Source: Gemmatimonadaceae bacterium
GTDB taxonomy: Bacteria > Gemmatimonadota > Gemmatimonadetes > Gemmatimonadales > Gemmatimonadaceae
Length of the DNA stretch: 64,000 nt
NCBI GenBank assembly: GCA_045803545.1
Contig: JBJMOW010000004.1
Coordinates: 832,001-896,000 of the forward strand
Direction: 5' to 3'
Part shown: positions 47,687 through 56,771 of the stretch, one piece after another
Layout of the letters: every line of letters starts with the position of its first letter
How positions within the stretch are numbered: position 1 is the first letter of the stretch
Notes under the pieces: model-generated
Databases searched by the model: none
What the model was told of the DNA's origin: nothing
The model's input: the letters and a program-made list of their open reading frames with translations, nothing else
Position numbers and translations under genes: made by a program

Positions 47687-47779
47687 GGAGGCGGGAAGCG
47701 ATGAACGCCGGATAGCGAGATGGGCTTTCTCCTGCCTTCCCGCCTCCCGCCTCCCGCCTCCCGCTTACCTCTTACCGCC
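47686..47779. terminator. Heptamer-repeat inverted repeat between convergent genes (probable bidirectional terminator/stabiliser)
   Basis: GGGAGGCGGGAAG (47686-47698) is the exact complement of CTTCCCGCCTCCC (47736-47748), followed by further TCCCGCC units. Confidence 0.55.
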
Positions 47780-48479
47780 TATTCGCCGGTCGAATCGACC
47801 GAACGTAACCGGAGAATCCTTCGGTCCTCAGATCAGGAGCACTTTGGTCGAGTGTGATGCAGTCTCCGGTGTAATTCGCTCCGGAGCAGACTTCCCAACT
47901 CCCTCGCCCGACGTTGATGCTGCGAATGGGCTGTCTTCCGAGATTCGAAACCGCCGCTGTGTACCGGCGCGCAGTGCCGCGGTAGTTCATGGCTGGATAG
48001 ACGGTGATCGACCAACCCCGCGTCGAATTCCGAGACACATTGTACGTGCCGTTGCCGTTATTGTACGTGCCGTTGCCGTTACTGTATGTGCCGTTGTTGT
48101 AGGTGCCGTTGTTGTACGTTCCCGCCTGGCGAACGGGTCGTACCGAGCCGATCCGGCGCAGATTGTAGGTGCCGAGGTCTGGCGCACTTTGAGTGAGCGT
48201 GACGCATCTGCCGTTGAAGTTCGGATCTTCGCAGACCTGCCACGTTCCGCCGTTGATGTTGATGCTTCTCGCCATCCGGCGCCATTGTGGGCCGAGGTTC
48301 GAAGCGGATGAGGTGAAGTTCGCCGAATTGCCGGCGTAGTTCGCCTGATCATAAACCACCAGGTTCCAGCCGGTCTGCATTGCAGACCCTGGTATTCTTT
48401 GGCCCTGAGCTGCCGCTGAGGCGGTTAATGCAGCGCTGGCGGCGACCAGTAGCGAAAATGTTAAAGCCGGGGATTTCAT
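47772..48479 (-). CDS. Exported protein with two beta/gamma-crystallin domains and an N/G/T/Y-rich linker
   Basis: 'YDQANYAG', 'GTWQVCEDPNFNGRC', 'GSWEVCSGANYTGDC', 'SIRP'; AGGAGG RBS. Confidence 0.88.
   Translation of the reverse strand: MKSPALTFSLLVAASAALTASAAAQGQRIPGSAMQTGWNLVVYDQANYAGNSANFTSSASNLGPQWRRMARSININGGTWQVCEDPNFNGRCVTLTQSAPDLGTYNLRRIGSVRPVRQAGTYNNGTYNNGTYSNGNGTYNNGNGTYNVSRNSTRGWSITVYPAMNYRGTARRYTAAVSNLGRQPIRSINVGRGSWEVCSGANYTGDCITLDQSAPDLRTEGFSGYVRSIRPANRR
48040..48123 (-). repeat. In-frame 15/21-bp tandem repeat encoding (GTYNN)/(GNGTYNN)
   Basis: TTGTACGTGCCGTTGCCGTTA occurs twice exactly (48040-48081), followed by 15-bp variants. Confidence 0.85.
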
Positions 48480-48524
48480 TCTTACACCCTCCTGACACGG
48501 TTAAAAAACTCATGCCTATACAAC

Positions 48525-48540
48525 TGCGTGAGTCGTGCCG
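48525..48540 (-). promoter_or_regulatory. Candidate sigma-54 promoter of the crystallin gene
   Basis: Minus strand CGGCACGACTCACGCA, i.e. GGCACG...GC with GG-N10-GC spacing; the -12 box is imperfect. Confidence 0.35.
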
Positions 48541-48548
48541 GAGGACTG

Positions 48549-49943
48549 CTACTCAGCCGCGACTAATGCACTTGCGATCGCGGTGCCGTCCCGTTCTGGC
48601 TGGGCTGGAAAAGTGAGTCTGCGATTGAATTCGCGGCGCAGCAGCAGCATTGAGATCGCGAGCTGAATGAACACCGCGGTGACCGACAGATACCAGATCC
48701 AGTTGAGATGAAATCCTGGTGTCCGGGAAAGGACAATTGCCGGCACTGCGACAAGCAACACGCGGATGCCTGACGCGATGAGTGACGGGATGGTGTTGCC
48801 CATCGCCTGGAACATGCTCGACGCGACGAAGATCAATCCGGAAGCGATGAAGGTCCACGAGACGATGCGCAGATATACGCTGCCGACGTCGAGCACCGCC
48901 GGATCCTTGGAGAATATCCCAATCAATGCGCGCGGCGCGAATTCGCCGACCGCGATCAGCAGCACCATGATCGACGTCACCATGTATGCGGCTTTGCGAA
49001 ACGTGTCGACGACGCGCTCACGATTGCGCGCGCCGAAATTCTGACCCGCAACCGGCGCCACTGAAAAGCCCAGTGCCACGGCGGGCATGAACAGCGATTG
49101 GATCACGCGCTGGCCAATGCCAAAACCAGCCTGCGCTGCCGCACCAAACGGCCGCGCGAGCGAATAGACGACGATGAGATAGACTGCCATCATCCCGAAT
49201 TCAAAGCCGGCAGGCAGGCCAATGTTGAGCATCTTGCGCCACAGCGCGAGCTGCGGCTTCTGATCGGCGCGAATGAATCGCAGGTACGAATCCTTGGCAA
49301 AGAAGTACGCGCCGAACCAAATGATCGCCGCGATGATGGCGATGAGCGAAGCGATTGCGGCGCCGGCGACACCGAAGGGATGGCCGGTGACCCAACCGAA
49401 AATCAGAAATGGCGCGAACACCATGTTGATGACGATGGAGCCGGTGCCGACGATCATACCCGTTTTGAAGTTGCCGACTCCGCGTAGTGCTGCGCCGGCC
49501 GCCACCATCAGGAACTGCAGCGCCATCGCCGGAATGAACCAGAGCAGGTATTGCCCAGCGAGTGTGGCGGTCTCCGGATCCGGGCTCATCGCCCGAGTAT
49601 ACGGACCGCGCAACAACAACCCCAAAATCAGAAAGATGAATCCGGTAACCACGGCCAATACCTGCGCCTGATTGAACATCAGCTGTGCACCTTCGCGATC
49701 CTTTCTTCCAATCGCGTGGGACACTACGGTCGTCGTGCCGACGCCGAGCATCTGCGTGAGCGCGAGGACGATGAAGGTGAGATTGCCGGCGATGCCAACG
49801 GCGGCGACGGCGTGTGTGCCCAGTCTGCCGACCCAGTACAGATCGATCAGGAAATACAGCGTCTGGAAGATCATCATCACGAGCATGAAGCTCGTGGTCT
49901 TCAGCAGGTGCCGAGTGAGGGGGCCGGTGGTCAGGTCTTCCAT
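48549..49943 (-). CDS. MATE-family efflux transporter
   Basis: 'DLTTGP', 'DLYWVGRLG..AVAAVG', 'ALRGVG', 'GQNFGA'; 12 TM helices. Confidence 0.95.
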   Translation of the reverse strand: MEDLTTGPLTRHLLKTTSFMLVMMIFQTLYFLIDLYWVGRLGTHAVAAVGIAGNLTFIVLALTQMLGVGTTTVVSHAIGRKDREGAQLMFNQAQVLAVVTGFIFLILGLLLRGPYTRAMSPDPETATLAGQYLLWFIPAMALQFLMVAAGAALRGVGNFKTGMIVGTGSIVINMVFAPFLIFGWVTGHPFGVAGAAIASLIAIIAAIIWFGAYFFAKDSYLRFIRADQKPQLALWRKMLNIGLPAGFEFGMMAVYLIVVYSLARPFGAAAQAGFGIGQRVIQSLFMPAVALGFSVAPVAGQNFGARNRERVVDTFRKAAYMVTSIMVLLIAVGEFAPRALIGIFSKDPAVLDVGSVYLRIVSWTFIASGLIFVASSMFQAMGNTIPSLIASGIRVLLVAVPAIVLSRTPGFHLNWIWYLSVTAVFIQLAISMLLLRREFNRRLTFPAQPERDGTAIASALVAAE

Positions 49944-49963
49944 AGTCCGCTAATGTAGTAGCA

Positions 49964-50998
49964 ATGGGATTCTTTGTCAGTCCTTTCCGCGCGGCATCGG
50001 TTTTGGTGTTTTCGCTTGTTGCAGCAGCGACGGGCGAGGGACAGGAAGTGCATCAGCTCGCTGCTACACCGAGCACTGTCGCCTACGGCTATTACTGGTC
50101 GGAAGCGAAACCTGCACTGCGCATAAAATCCGGTGATATCGTCGAGGTCGAGACGATGCTCACCAACACGCCGACGGGTCTGGAACGACTTGGCGTCAAA
50201 CCGGCCGACATTCCACAGGCGTTGCGCGACATCGTGGCGCAGGACACCGGCTCGCTGCGCGGACCAGGCGGCCACATTCTCACCGGTCCGATTTACATCG
50301 AAGGCGCGGATTCGGGGGATGTGCTCGAGGTCAGGCTGCTATCGATCACGCTACCGATCGACTACGCGTACAACGGTTGTCGAGGCTTCGTTCCGGAGCT
50401 TTGCGGTCCGCCGGGCGCTCGCGTCAGCACCCTGGTTCATCTCGATCGCGCGCACATGACGGCGGAGGTCGCACCTGGAATCACTGTTCCACTCCGTCCA
50501 TTCTTCGGCTCGATCGGCGTAGCCCCTGCTCCATCACTCGGCAGAGTGAGCAGCAATCCGCCGTCGCGTCACGCGGGAAATCTCGACAACAAGGAGCTCG
50601 TTGCGGGAACCACGCTGTACATACCGGTGTTCGTCAAAGGCGCGCTGCTCGAGATTGGTGACGGTCACGCCGCCCAGGGTGACGGGGAAGTCGATCAGAC
50701 CGCGATCGAGACCAATCTCCACGGCCGAGTGCAGCTGATCGTGCGCAAGGACATGAAACTCGATTGGCCCCGGGCAGAGACGCCGACGCACTGGATCACC
50801 ATGGGCACCGACACGTCACTGGTCGTGGCCACGAAAACAGCGATTCGCGAAATGGTGAAACTGCTGCAGGAGAAGAAATCCCTGACCGAGGCGCAGGCTT
50901 ATCAGGCGGCTTCGATGGCGGCGGACCTACGCATCACCGAGCTCGTCGACGGGAACGTTGGCGTACACATGATGATCGCCAAAAGTTATTTACGCTGA
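49964..50998 (+). CDS. Acetamidase/formamidase family protein, exported
   Basis: 'HILTGPIYIEGA..GDVLEV', 'GNLDNKEL', 'GDGHAAQGDGEV..TAIE'. Confidence 0.92.
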   Translation: MGFFVSPFRAASVLVFSLVAAATGEGQEVHQLAATPSTVAYGYYWSEAKPALRIKSGDIVEVETMLTNTPTGLERLGVKPADIPQALRDIVAQDTGSLRGPGGHILTGPIYIEGADSGDVLEVRLLSITLPIDYAYNGCRGFVPELCGPPGARVSTLVHLDRAHMTAEVAPGITVPLRPFFGSIGVAPAPSLGRVSSNPPSRHAGNLDNKELVAGTTLYIPVFVKGALLEIGDGHAAQGDGEVDQTAIETNLHGRVQLIVRKDMKLDWPRAETPTHWITMGTDTSLVVATKTAIREMVKLLQEKKSLTEAQAYQAASMAADLRITELVDGNVGVHMMIAKSYLR

Positions 50999-51006
50999 TC
51001 GCACGA

Positions 51007-51150
51007 GGAACAGGACTGAGGCCCGAGGACCAAGGGCATCGATCATCGCGGACTTATTGCTGATTGCTGACAAAAGCGCGCTTTTGTCGCCACTCCTCAA
51101 TTTGTCCGCGATCATAGATGCCTTTAGTCCTCAGGCCTCAGTCTTGTCCC
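51007..51150. repeat. 144-bp imperfect palindrome (foldback / REPIN- or MITE-like) between convergent genes
   Basis: By hand, 58 of 72 positions pair in one register with no gaps; perfect 20-bp core GACAAAAGCGCGCTTTTGTC (51069-51088). Confidence 0.85.
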
Positions 51151-53161
51151 TAGCGAGCCAAATCTCTCACCGTTGACGCCAGGGCGCGCACCTTCGCAGT
51201 ATCGCGCGAGCCGCCCGCATCGCTATCCAGCTGCGTAGCGAGTGAATTCAACGAGCTCGCACGACTGCCGGCCGAGGCTGATTCCGCCGCGGACAGCTGC
51301 GACCGCAGCGACGAGATTCTGGCGGATGCAAGTCCACCAGAGCGCTCGAGCTGATCGACGTACGCGCGCGCCAGGGCGAACGACGCCGGCCAGGTGAACT
51401 TCTGTTGCCCCTGGGTATTGTAGTAATCGAAGTGCACCGTCTTAGCAGCGTCGATCTCGTTCTGCGAGATGAACGCACTCGGCGCCAGCTCGAAGATGTC
51501 GAGGCCGCGCGTGATCTCGGAGCTCACGATCACACCGTTGTACCAGTAAGCCGACCACGAGCCACTTAGCTTCAGCGTGGTGTCAGCCGGACCGCGATCG
51601 AAGAACGCGATCTCACGCGGGTGCGCGGCGTCGGTCCAATCGAACACCGAGATGCCGCCCTGATACCAACCCTGCACCATAATGTCTCGGCCGGGAATCG
51701 GAATCAGCGAGCCGTTGTGCGCGACGCAGTTCTCGTTCTTGGTCTGCGGAGCAGGGAGCTTGTAGTAGCTCTGGAAATTCATCGCGCTGCCAGCGACGGT
51801 GAAGATCGCATCGGCGCCCCACTCGCGTGGATCCGTCGAACGGCACTTCGGCTGCATGCCGCCGCCCCATTCGTCGGAGAACAGAACCTTCGATCCATCG
51901 TTGTTGAACGTCGCTGAGTGCCAGTACGAGAAGTTGGAATCGGCTGCCGCATTCAGGCGGGTCGGATGTGCCGGATCGCTGATGTCGAGCAGGAGTCCGT
52001 AACCGCCGCACGCGCCACCGCCCCTACCGATCGCCGGGTAGAGCGTGATGTCATGGCACTGACTCGGTCCTTTACGCGGCGGTGGCGGACCGTTTGGATC
52101 CGCGCCGCCCACCATCTTGCGGATGATGTCGGGCAGACGCTTGCGCAATTCCGCGCTGTCTGCAGCCGTCGGAGCACCGGTGCCGCCGCGCTCCTTGACG
52201 ATCGCTGCCAGCTGGCCGTTCGCCCAGGAATCGGGGGCTATTTCTTCCTCACCGAAAATCACCGCAGTGTAGGCGCCGCGCGCCTTTGCCGCCGCGACCT
52301 CCTTCACCTTTTCTGCCTTGTCGGCACTCGTCTCGCCGTGTACCGGCGGGGCCGCGAGGCCAGTGAAGATGCGCGGCGATGACACGATCGCGGCCTGCTC
52401 CGGATGCGCGAGCGGAACCTTGATCACTTCGATGCGGAACAGCGCCGAGTTAGGATCCTTGTCCGGCGCCAGATCGACGCAGCCCGCGAGCTCGTTCGGC
52501 GACCGCACTGGCGCGGAGCCGGAGATATAGACGTAGACATTCTCCGGATCCTTCGGATCGACGAGCAACGAATGGGTGTGCGAGCCGCGGCAGGTCTGGA
52601 CGTTGCCGACCGGTTTTGGATTCGCGATGTCACTAATGTCGAAGATGCGGATGCCGCGCAGTCGAGCCTTGCTCACGGTGTCCTTGACGCCCTCGGCGCC
52701 GCAGTCGATGCGCGCGCCAAGGTCCTCGCCCGAGACGAAAAGCAGATTGCGATGACCGACACGTCGCTCTGCGACCCCGGACAGAAATACGCCGTTTTGA
52801 TTACCGGCTGTCGCGGATTCGAGATGTCCCACACCTGATAGCCGCTGAAGCTTCCCTGTAGGACGTAATTCCCTAGAAACGCCAGGTCGGAGTTTATGCC
52901 GGTGACGAACTTCTCGGACGGCTTCGTCTCCGACACCACTCTCAGATTCCAGATCGCTTCGGCGGCGTTGTACTCGCCGCCGCGAAGTCCGATGCGCGGG
53001 TCAGGAGTGGGTGCCGCAGTGGACATGTTGCCGGTGACTGTCGACGGCGCCGATGTCGACGGTGAATAACTCGTCGGCGCGCACGCGTAAGCGGTGATCG
53101 CGAGGGCAGCTGCCAGCGTCGGTAGGTGCAGCGACTGCCGGGTGGGAAGACTGAAGCTCAT
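51150..53161 (-). pseudogene. LVIVD-repeat lipoprotein interrupted by a 1-base deletion at about 52753 (pseudogene or assembly error)
   Basis: ORF 53161 reads ...CPGSQSDVSV, then the sequence continues as (H/Y)RNLLFVSGE... in the other frame. Motifs: NSDLAF, TCRGSHTH, CHDIT, YWHSATF, DEWGGG, NCVAHNG. Confidence 0.88.
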
Positions 53162-53217
53162 TTGAATTCCTCTGAACGTGAATGACGCGAGGGTGCGAAC
53201 TTTACTCCTGCAGCTCT

Positions 53218-53871
53218 CTATTGCGCCGGTGCTTCAAACACCATCGACGCCAGCATCTTCTGCATCCGCTCGATCTCAGTCGTCTGATCCGCGCTGATGT
53301 CGGATGCCATCTTGTAGACCGTGATGTCCTGAGCAGCTCCGCTGGTAGCGAACAGGCTGTTCACCATGCTGACTGCGCCCTGGTGGTGCTGGATCATGAA
53401 GACCAGGAACAACCGGTCGAACTCCCTACTGCGGGCTGCGTCGAGTTGTTTCAACTGGTCTTCGGTGAGCATCCCCGGCATCAGCATCTCGTGCTGCATG
53501 CCGCCCATGTCCATTGTCATGCCGTGTGGATTGGGTTCGGGCACCGGCTGATGACGATCGCGCAGCCATCTCTGCATGCCGACGATCTCGTCCTTCTGCG
53601 CGTTGGTGATTCGCTCGGTGAGCGTTCGGATGGTTGGGCTGGCGCCGTGTGAGTCAGCCCAGCTCGCCATCAATAGCGCTTGAGCGTGATGGGCGATCAT
53701 CCCATCCATGAATTCGATATCGGCTTTCGTGTAGACCGGCTGCGTCGTGTGAGACGCGATAGCTCGACCGCCCGCAGGCACCGGCAATGGCCCGCGATAT
53801 TCGCCGCGCTGACCGCTAGCACAGGCGCCTGCCGTGAGGGCGAGCGCAATGGTCGCCAGGTACTTTGTCAT
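53218..53871 (-). CDS. DUF305-domain (ferritin-like) lipoprotein
   Basis: 'D..FM.GMIAHHAQAL', 'MPGM', 'F..FMIQHHQGA..M', 'Q..EI..M'. Confidence 0.92.
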   Translation of the reverse strand: MTKYLATIALALTAGACASGQRGEYRGPLPVPAGGRAIASHTTQPVYTKADIEFMDGMIAHHAQALLMASWADSHGASPTIRTLTERITNAQKDEIVGMQRWLRDRHQPVPEPNPHGMTMDMGGMQHEMLMPGMLTEDQLKQLDAARSREFDRLFLVFMIQHHQGAVSMVNSLFATSGAAQDITVYKMASDISADQTTEIERMQKMLASMVFEAPAQ

Positions 53872-53984
53872 TGCACAGACAATAACGCTTCCCGGCGACA
53901 CTTGCACGCGGGAACCACTGTTCTCTGGCTAGCTCGCGCGCTGCGCTACTTAACTCCGATCAGGCGCGAAGCGCAGCGAATCCG

Positions 53985-54791
53985 TCAGCGCTGCGCGATG
54001 TGAACTCCGCCATTCGTGGTGACGACGCGCACCAGCGGTCCGCCTGAACCAAGTTGAGTCGAGATACGCCGACTCAGCGAGCCACGCACAGTGATCGGGA
54101 AATCCACGTGCATCCCGCCATTGGTCGTTCCCGTCTCCAGCATCGCGTTGTAGCCGCGCGGCACGTAAACCGTCGCGCCGCCATTCGTCGTCTGCAGATC
54201 GAGACCCTGGCCCTGCCACGTCGTTCCCGACAGATCCGCGGTCACCCCGCCATTGGTAGTGCGCGCGTGAACGTTGCCGGCGATGTCCGAGACATGGATG
54301 CCGCCGTTGGTCGCCTCGAAGGTTATCTCACCGCGAACGTTGTCGGCGGAGATGCCGCCATTCTCGGTGATCGCTTCGAGGTTCGTCTGCTTCGGCACAT
54401 AGACATCGTAACTAACCGACCACGACGTGTGATTCCGCATCGCTGGCCCCTCGGCCCTGATCTGACCGCCGTCGGTCAGGATGCGCACCTGACGCGCGAT
54501 GTCGCGCGCGGTTGCATCGTCATCGGCGTTCGCTTCGACTTTCGCAACGATCCTGACATCGCGTCGATCGGAGCCGAAGAACGCTGCTCCGCCGTTTGCT
54601 CCGCCGTCTACTGTGATTTTGGCAGTCGGCGCGACGGTAAGAGTGCGCACCTCGCAGAAACGAGCACGGTCGTTGTTCCAGCTGTGATCACAGTTGTCGC
54701 GCCAGCGTTCGGCGCGCTCGTCCGTTTGAGCGCTGCTGGTGGCGGCGGCGAAGGACCACAGAACGACAACGGTAAAGAGAAAGCGCTGCAT
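53985..54791 (-). CDS. DUF4097-family beta-strand repeat protein, exported
   Basis: Repeated T-x-N-G-G motifs; signal peptide. Confidence 0.85.
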   Translation of the reverse strand: MQRFLFTVVVLWSFAAATSSAQTDERAERWRDNCDHSWNNDRARFCEVRTLTVAPTAKITVDGGANGGAAFFGSDRRDVRIVAKVEANADDDATARDIARQVRILTDGGQIRAEGPAMRNHTSWSVSYDVYVPKQTNLEAITENGGISADNVRGEITFEATNGGIHVSDIAGNVHARTTNGGVTADLSGTTWQGQGLDLQTTNGGATVYVPRGYNAMLETGTTNGGMHVDFPITVRGSLSRRISTQLGSGGPLVRVVTTNGGVHIAQR

Positions 54792-54851
54792 GGTCGGGTG
54801 TCCGGTTGAGGGCGTAATCTTTGGATGCACTACATCGATAAAGCGTTGAGC

Positions 54852-55835
54852 CTAGTAATCGCCACGATCCCGGCGACGAATGAGATCGTCGACGCTCAGG
54901 AGCCGGCCATAGGATGAGCGAAGCTGCCGCGCAAATCCGGCTGAGACTCCGTGGTCACGCATCCGTACGAAATCACGGATGCCGAGATTGGTATAGCCGA
55001 GATCCTTGAAATCTTCGATGAACGATTCAGTCACACCGTGATCACGCGCGGCCAGCAGCTGGTCGGGAGTCAAATTGGTGAAGCCGTAGCCACGAAGGGA
55101 CGCGATGAAATCCGGGGTGACGCCGTGGTCGCGGAGCTCTTGAAGATCATCCACTGAGAGATTCTTGTATCCGGCGTCGGTGAGACCGCGGATGAAGTCG
55201 TCGGATACTCCGTGATCGCGCAGAGTGACGAGCCGATAAGTATTACCAACCCGATATCCGGCCGCGTTCATCGACTTCAGGTAATCGAGGTTGGCACCGT
55301 GCATCCCCATGACGACGAGCTCGTCGACGGATGGACGCTGGTAACCCTGGCTCCGAAGCTCGTCGACCATCGCGTAGCCGACATCGTGCATTGCCAGCCA
55401 GAACTGCTGCTCAGTGGTCGGGCGCTCGTATCCGCGCGAAGCGAGCTGCTGTGGGAACCGCGAATCCGGCGCAAAGGTGAAGAAGCCCGTTCCGCGACCG
55501 CCGCGCAGCTCGCCCTCGAAGTTGAAAGTGCCGGCATCGCGTACCAGCTGAAACTTGGCCGGACCGCTGTAGGACGAGAGGTCGGACGGCAGTCCGCGCA
55601 GCTCTGATTGGCGCACACCGAAGGACGTCATGCCATTCCGGCGGCCGCCATTCTCGTAGTGCTCAAAAGAAAGCTGGACGCGATCGCGCGTCGGCTGGTA
55701 ATAGATCCGCCAAGTGCCCTGATCGGCGCTTTGCGCGCCTAGAATCGGGGCAGACACTGCCAGAAGCAGCAGAAAAAGCGCGGAAGGGAATTTGCGGACT
55801 GGATGGCCGGCACACATTCGAGTTAGTTGCGACAT
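54852..55835 (-). CDS. Exported protein with about six 29-aa helical repeats (RDHGV)
   Basis: Period 'LRDHGVSDDFIRGLTDAGYKNLSVDDLQE'; N-domain 'F.LVRDAGTF.FEG'. Confidence 0.8.
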   Translation of the reverse strand: MSQLTRMCAGHPVRKFPSALFLLLLAVSAPILGAQSADQGTWRIYYQPTRDRVQLSFEHYENGGRRNGMTSFGVRQSELRGLPSDLSSYSGPAKFQLVRDAGTFNFEGELRGGRGTGFFTFAPDSRFPQQLASRGYERPTTEQQFWLAMHDVGYAMVDELRSQGYQRPSVDELVVMGMHGANLDYLKSMNAAGYRVGNTYRLVTLRDHGVSDDFIRGLTDAGYKNLSVDDLQELRDHGVTPDFIASLRGYGFTNLTPDQLLAARDHGVTESFIEDFKDLGYTNLGIRDFVRMRDHGVSAGFARQLRSSYGRLLSVDDLIRRRDRGDY

Positions 55836-55924
55836 TGGAGCTCCAGAGCAGGTGGTGGGCGGCAGACGGCCCCTGCACTTGGATAAGACAGGGCTATGGA
55901 AGGTTTGAATCGGAGTAAGGATCG

Positions 55925-56734
55925 GTGACAGATATCATTAAACGCAACAATGTTCACGTGGTTGGGAACGGGACCCAGCCGATGCTTCTCGCGCATGGCT
56001 TCGGCTGCGACCAGAACATGTGGCGATTCATCGTACCAGCATTTTCCGACGACTATCGGATCGTGCTTTTCGATTACGTCGGCTCCGGCCATTCCGATCT
56101 GGGTGCCTATGACGCTGCTAGATACTCATCGCTCGAGGGCTACGCCGACGACGTTCTCGACATCTGTCACGCGCTCGACCTCCGCGACACGGTGTTCGTC
56201 GGCCACTCGGTCAGCAGCATGATCGGCGTAATGGCCGCGCAACGCGAGCCCGATCGGTTCGAGCGACTGATTTTGATCGGCCCATCGGCGCGCTACATCA
56301 ACGACCCGCCCTACGTCGGCGGCTTCGAGCGCTCGGATATCGAAGGTTTGCTCGAAACGATGGAGAAGAATTACATCGGTTGGGCCAATTTCCTGGGTCC
56401 CGTTGTGATGCAGAACCCGGATCGCCCGGAGTTGACGGCGGAGCTGACGGAAAGCTTCTGCTCCACCGATCCGGTAATCGCGCGTAGATTCGCCGAGGCG
56501 ACTTTCCTGGCGGACAATCGGTCGGACCTCGCCGGGCTGAAGGTGCCGGCGCTCGTTCTTCAGTGCTCCGACGATCTCATCGCTCCCCGCTCGGTTGGCG
56601 ACTTCGTCCATCAGTCCCTACCCAATAGTACTTTTCAGCAAATGAAGGCGACCGGACACTGCCCGCATCTGAGTCATCCCGACGAAACGATTCAGCTTAT
56701 GCGTGAATATCTGCAAGCGCCTGTCACTGTCTGA
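55925..56734 (+). CDS. rsbQ: RsbQ-like alpha/beta hydrolase
   Basis: 'IIKRNNV', 'AHGFGCDQNMWR', GHSVS, 'FCSTDP', 'DDLIAP', 'GHCPHLSHP'. Confidence 0.9.
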   Translation: MTDIIKRNNVHVVGNGTQPMLLAHGFGCDQNMWRFIVPAFSDDYRIVLFDYVGSGHSDLGAYDAARYSSLEGYADDVLDICHALDLRDTVFVGHSVSSMIGVMAAQREPDRFERLILIGPSARYINDPPYVGGFERSDIEGLLETMEKNYIGWANFLGPVVMQNPDRPELTAELTESFCSTDPVIARRFAEATFLADNRSDLAGLKVPALVLQCSDDLIAPRSVGDFVHQSLPNSTFQQMKATGHCPHLSHPDETIQLMREYLQAPVTV

Positions 56735-56771
56735 GTCTCGGTGCGGTGACCTCGGCGCCGGATAGAAGCTG

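Noticed and set aside
51007..51150. 6S RNA interpretation of the long hairpin
   Set aside because: The apparent bubble still pairs in register, the apical stem is very short, and the element fills the gap between two stop codons with no room for its own promoter.
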